NCBI RefSeq assembly: GCF_947504145.1
Contig: NZ_CANNGQ010000001.1
Span: 1,112,737-1,176,736 of the forward strand
Direction of reading: 5' to 3'
Origin: an uncultured Microbulbifer sp.
GTDB taxonomy: Bacteria > Pseudomonadota > Gammaproteobacteria > Pseudomonadales > Cellvibrionaceae
DNA: 64,000 bases
The translations under genes and the position numbers were made by a program. Below are positions 60,843-64,000 of this stretch, piece after piece (position 1 is the first letter of the stretch; each line of letters starts with the position of its first letter). A model generated the notes under the pieces. It searched no databases, had not been told where the DNA came from, and saw only the letters and a program-made list of their open reading frames with translations.

Positions 60843-62975
60843 GTGAAAAAGGACATTTTACGCTTTATTCTCCTCCCTACGAATAAGCGATTTCTCAATC
60901 GGGTTTTTAGTATGTCGATTGGCAGCACAGGACTCGCCATTCTCTGCGCAGCATTGTCGGTATCCAGTCTTGCCGGCGCCGGCCTGGCACATGGACAACA
61001 ATCCGCCAAAGCGAGCCGTACCGCGCCTGCGGCGGGGCAACTGCCTCGGGCGGAAAGTAAGGATACCAAAGCCGCCAAGGCCGCCGTGGCACAGCGAGAA
61101 AAACTGCAAGAGGCCCGCCTGGCCATTGCCCACAATGACCAGAACCGGCTGAAGCAGCTAAAAAAAGAGCTGAAGGATTATCCGCTGCTCCCCTACATCG
61201 ACTACTGGGCGATCAGCAAAAAGCTCTCGCGACTCCCCTACGACGAGATCGACGCGTTTCTGGACGAACACGATGGCACTGCCATCGGCGACTGGATGCG
61301 GGTGCGCGTGTTGCGCGAGCTCGGCGGCCGCGAGCGCTTCAAGTCCTACCTGAAATATTACGATCCAGAAAAAATTCGCCGCACTCAATTGCGCTGCTAC
61401 TACGTCGATGCACTGTCCCGCTATGGCGACAAACAGGAGGCTTACGCGCTGATCGAAGAGTTGTGGACAGTCGGTGCCTCGCAGCCCAAAGAGTGCGACC
61501 CTGCATTCAACCGCTGGATACGCGATGGCGGCCTCACTCAGGACCGGGCCTGGAAACGCCACGCCCTCGCCGTCCGCTCCGGCAACCTCGACCTCGCCAG
61601 CTTCATCGCCCGCAAGCTGGACAAAGACCGCGCCAAGCGCGCGGAGCTGATGCGCTCGGTGTACCGCAAGCCAGAGCAGATCCTCAATTACGACCGTTTT
61701 ATCCAGGACAACCCAGAATACCGGGATATTGTCACCATCGGGTTGCGCCGCCTGGCCTCGCAAGATGCGGAGAAAACTGGCCAGGCTTGGCAACGGTACA
61801 GCGCGAGCTTCCTGTTCAGCGACGACGAGCGCGATCAATTCCTGCGCTATCTCGCACTACAGTTTGCCCGCCAGGATGACCAGAGCGGCCTGAAAACCCT
61901 GATCAAAGCCAACCCCGGGTTTTTCGATTTACGTACATCCGAATGGCTGATCCGCCAGTCTCTGCGGGAAATGGACTGGGCACAGGTAGAATTCTGGATC
62001 GACCAGCTGCCGGAGACGGACCAGAACTGGGACCGCTGGCTTTACTGGAAAGCCCGCGCCATCAACGAACAACTGGCCGCCAGTAAAAAGAACAATGCGG
62101 AGCGTTCGGCGCTGGCGCAGCAGCTGTACCAGAAAGCGGCCGAAGAGCGCAGCTACTATGGCTTCCTCGCTTCTGACACCCTGGGCAAAGACTACAGCTT
62201 TGTGGACCGCCCCGCGCCCATCACCCCGGAACTGGTAAAAAAAGTTGCGGCCCTTCCCGCAATGCAGCGGGCTGAAGAGCTGCAAGCCATCGGCGAGTTC
62301 TACCACGCCCGCCGTGAGTGGAACTACGCGACCGACGAAATGACCACCGAAGAATTGATGACCGCGGGCAAGGTGGCCAGCGCCTGGGGTTGGTACCACA
62401 AATCGATTCAGTCGATTCTCGCCGCGGATTATCTCGACGACCTGGAGCTCCGCTTCCCACTCGCCTTCTCCGATATCGTCAGCGATGTGGCCGGCCGCAT
62501 GGGCAAGAAAACCGCTCTCGACCGCTATCTTGTGCTCGCGGTGGCCCGCCAGGAAAGCCACTTCAGCCACGACGCCAAATCCCATGCCGGGGCAATGGGG
62601 CTTATGCAACTGTTACCATCCACCGCCCTGGCCACCGCGCGCAAGGCCGGCGTCCCCTATCGACGCAGCTGGGATTTGCTGAACCCCAACACCAATATCA
62701 GCCTCGGGTCCTATTACCTGAATTCGCTGCTGAAACGATTCGATAACAACCGCTTCCTCGCCGCCGCCGCCTATAACGCCGGCCCCACGCGGGTGTCGCG
62801 CTGGCTGAAAGACACGGACAAAAAGCTGCCTTTTGATGTGTGGATCGAAACCATTCCCTACAGCGAAACCCGCAAGTACGTGCAGAACGTATTGTCGTAT
62901 TCGGTGATTTACGCATATCGCAGTGGCAACAAGGCACCGCTGCTCAGAAAGAATGAAGCAGAAGCGAAGCTCTGA
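60843..62975 (+). CDS. slt: Soluble lytic murein transglycosylase (start uncertain)
   Basis: YPLLPY, superhelical repeats, ARQES, GLMQL, AAYNAG, WIETIPYSETRKYV. Confidence 0.93.
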   Translation: MKKDILRFILLPTNKRFLNRVFSMSIGSTGLAILCAALSVSSLAGAGLAHGQQSAKASRTAPAAGQLPRAESKDTKAAKAAVAQREKLQEARLAIAHNDQNRLKQLKKELKDYPLLPYIDYWAISKKLSRLPYDEIDAFLDEHDGTAIGDWMRVRVLRELGGRERFKSYLKYYDPEKIRRTQLRCYYVDALSRYGDKQEAYALIEELWTVGASQPKECDPAFNRWIRDGGLTQDRAWKRHALAVRSGNLDLASFIARKLDKDRAKRAELMRSVYRKPEQILNYDRFIQDNPEYRDIVTIGLRRLASQDAEKTGQAWQRYSASFLFSDDERDQFLRYLALQFARQDDQSGLKTLIKANPGFFDLRTSEWLIRQSLREMDWAQVEFWIDQLPETDQNWDRWLYWKARAINEQLAASKKNNAERSALAQQLYQKAAEERSYYGFLASDTLGKDYSFVDRPAPITPELVKKVAALPAMQRAEELQAIGEFYHARREWNYATDEMTTEELMTAGKVASAWGWYHKSIQSILAADYLDDLELRFPLAFSDIVSDVAGRMGKKTALDRYLVLAVARQESHFSHDAKSHAGAMGLMQLLPSTALATARKAGVPYRRSWDLLNPNTNISLGSYYLNSLLKRFDNNRFLAAAAYNAGPTRVSRWLKDTDKKLPFDVWIETIPYSETRKYVQNVLSYSVIYAYRSGNKAPLLRKNEAEAKL

Positions 62976-62994
62976 GTTACGGAAGGTATATTGA

Positions 62995-63249
62995 TTAATT
63001 CAGGCGAGCCCGAAGCCACGCTTCGAGCTCGTGAGAAGTGAACGGCCAGCACAACACATCATCGGTATCCCCAAGACCCACCACCGGGATACTCCAGCCA
63101 AACAGTCGGCTCAACTGCTCGTCGTCGGCAATATCCACCGACTCAAGCTGCAACTGGAATTGTGCCAGCTGCGGCCAGATTTCCACCTTGGCCTTTTCGC
63201 AAAGGCTACAGCCGAGGGTGGTGTAGAGAATCAGGGGTCGGTCAAACAC
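62995..63249 (-). CDS. Glutaredoxin-like protein (DUF836)
   Basis: LYTTLGCSLCEKA, VDIADD..L...GWSIPV, WPF. Start trimmed to GTG at 63249. Confidence 0.85.
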   Translation of the reverse strand: MFDRPLILYTTLGCSLCEKAKVEIWPQLAQFQLQLESVDIADDEQLSRLFGWSIPVVGLGDTDDVLCWPFTSHELEAWLRARLN

Positions 63250-63280
63250 AGCGCTTCCAATTTCACTCGTACTGCAGGGG

Positions 63281-64000
63281 CTAAACCAGCCCCTGCCCCT
63301 GTGCCCAAAAATAGCCAGCCACTGCCGCACCCGCCACCAGCAAACCCACCCAGATCCATCCGCTACTGCCGGCTGCCGCCGAATCACCGATATAGCTCTG
63401 GGATGGTGCCGCCTCTGCAGTGGATGCCGCTTTCCCGCTGTCGCGCACACGGTCGCGCTGCATGGCCTGATCCAGGGCCGTACTCTGGCGCGCCGCATCG
63501 GGCATGGTGACCGCCTGGCGCACCGTGGTTTTGTCGATATCGTCCGCCGGGCCCACAACACTGAAACTGAGGCTGTCGAAGCGCAACTCGTCTCCCCGCC
63601 GCACCCGGCACTCGGTCACCCGCTGGTTGTTGAGGAAGGTGCCGTTGGCGGAACCCAGGTCCACCACAAACAGCAGCCCCTCACGCACCTCCAGGCGCGC
63701 GTGGCGTCGGGAGAGGTGCGACATGGCGAAGGTCAGGTCGCAATCGTCGGAGCGCCCCACCACACTGGTTTCCCGCACCGGAAATACACGGCCGACAATG
63801 GCCGGGTGGTTAGCACGCAGGGCCCAGGCCACATTGGCACTGGCACCGGCGGCCTTGAGCCGGGTGATTTTGGGGTCCACCACCGCTAGGTTGCGATCCC
63901 CCACTTGCACCCGGTCGTTGCGCCGCAGCTTGCAGCTGCCCTCAACCACCTTGCCATTCACCGCCACCTGGCCGTCACCTGCCAGGCTGCGCAGCTCCAG
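63281..64000 (-). CDS. FHA-domain protein (5' part outside the window)
   Basis: VGRSDDCD, LSRRHARL, DLGSANGTFLN, LRRGDELRF. Tail of a preceding FHA domain (VNG......L..NDRVQVG). C-terminal TM anchor. Confidence 0.88.
   Translation of the reverse strand: MELRSLAGDGQVAVNGKVVEGSCKLRRNDRVQVGDRNLAVVDPKITRLKAAGASANVAWALRANHPAIVGRVFPVRETSVVGRSDDCDLTFAMSHLSRRHARLEVREGLLFVVDLGSANGTFLNNQRVTECRVRRGDELRFDSLSFSVVGPADDIDKTTVRQAVTMPDAARQSTALDQAMQRDRVRDSGKAASTAEAAPSQSYIGDSAAAGSSGWIWVGLLVAGAAVAGYFWAQGQGLV

Noticed and set aside
62995-63561. 188-aa version of the glutaredoxin-like ORF
   Set aside because: The upstream part is an alternate frame of the FHA gene's 3' end. The real domain starts at GTG 63249.

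Overview
Chromosomal window of a GC-rich marine gammaproteobacterium, most consistent with Microbulbifer/Cellvibrionales (inferred from the Ser/Gly-linked modular alginate lyase, Na+-NQR and gene order). The backbone is housekeeping: polB, ompW, the 2-methylcitrate operon (GntR-prpB-prpC-acnD-prpF), DUF2062, a CBM32-CBM32-PL7-PL7 alginate lyase, lolCDE, an alpha/beta hydrolase, alternative oxidase, thioesterase, sthA, nqrM-apbE-nqrFEDCBA, GAPDH, mfd, csiV, DUF819, cold-shock protein, mscS, nagZ, psrA, lexA, topA, uspA, uup, slt, a glutaredoxin-like gene and an FHA protein cut by the window end. Two accessory regions stand out. (1) At 1-1843, short orphan genes are stacked behind polB and separated by two diverged copies of the polB 3' end (126-206, 1258-1383), each with the clamp-binding tail and its own stop codon. 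No integrase is visible. This looks like a cassette array that grows by replacing the polB C-terminus and is the best candidate for an undescribed system. (2) At about 6.5-13.4 kb, an AT-rich defence island carries type I Thoeris (thsA/thsB), a NERD nuclease-SF1 helicase, two orphan membrane proteins and an IS3 remnant. No rRNA, tRNA or CRISPR array was seen. All family assignments come from motif recognition, not database searches.
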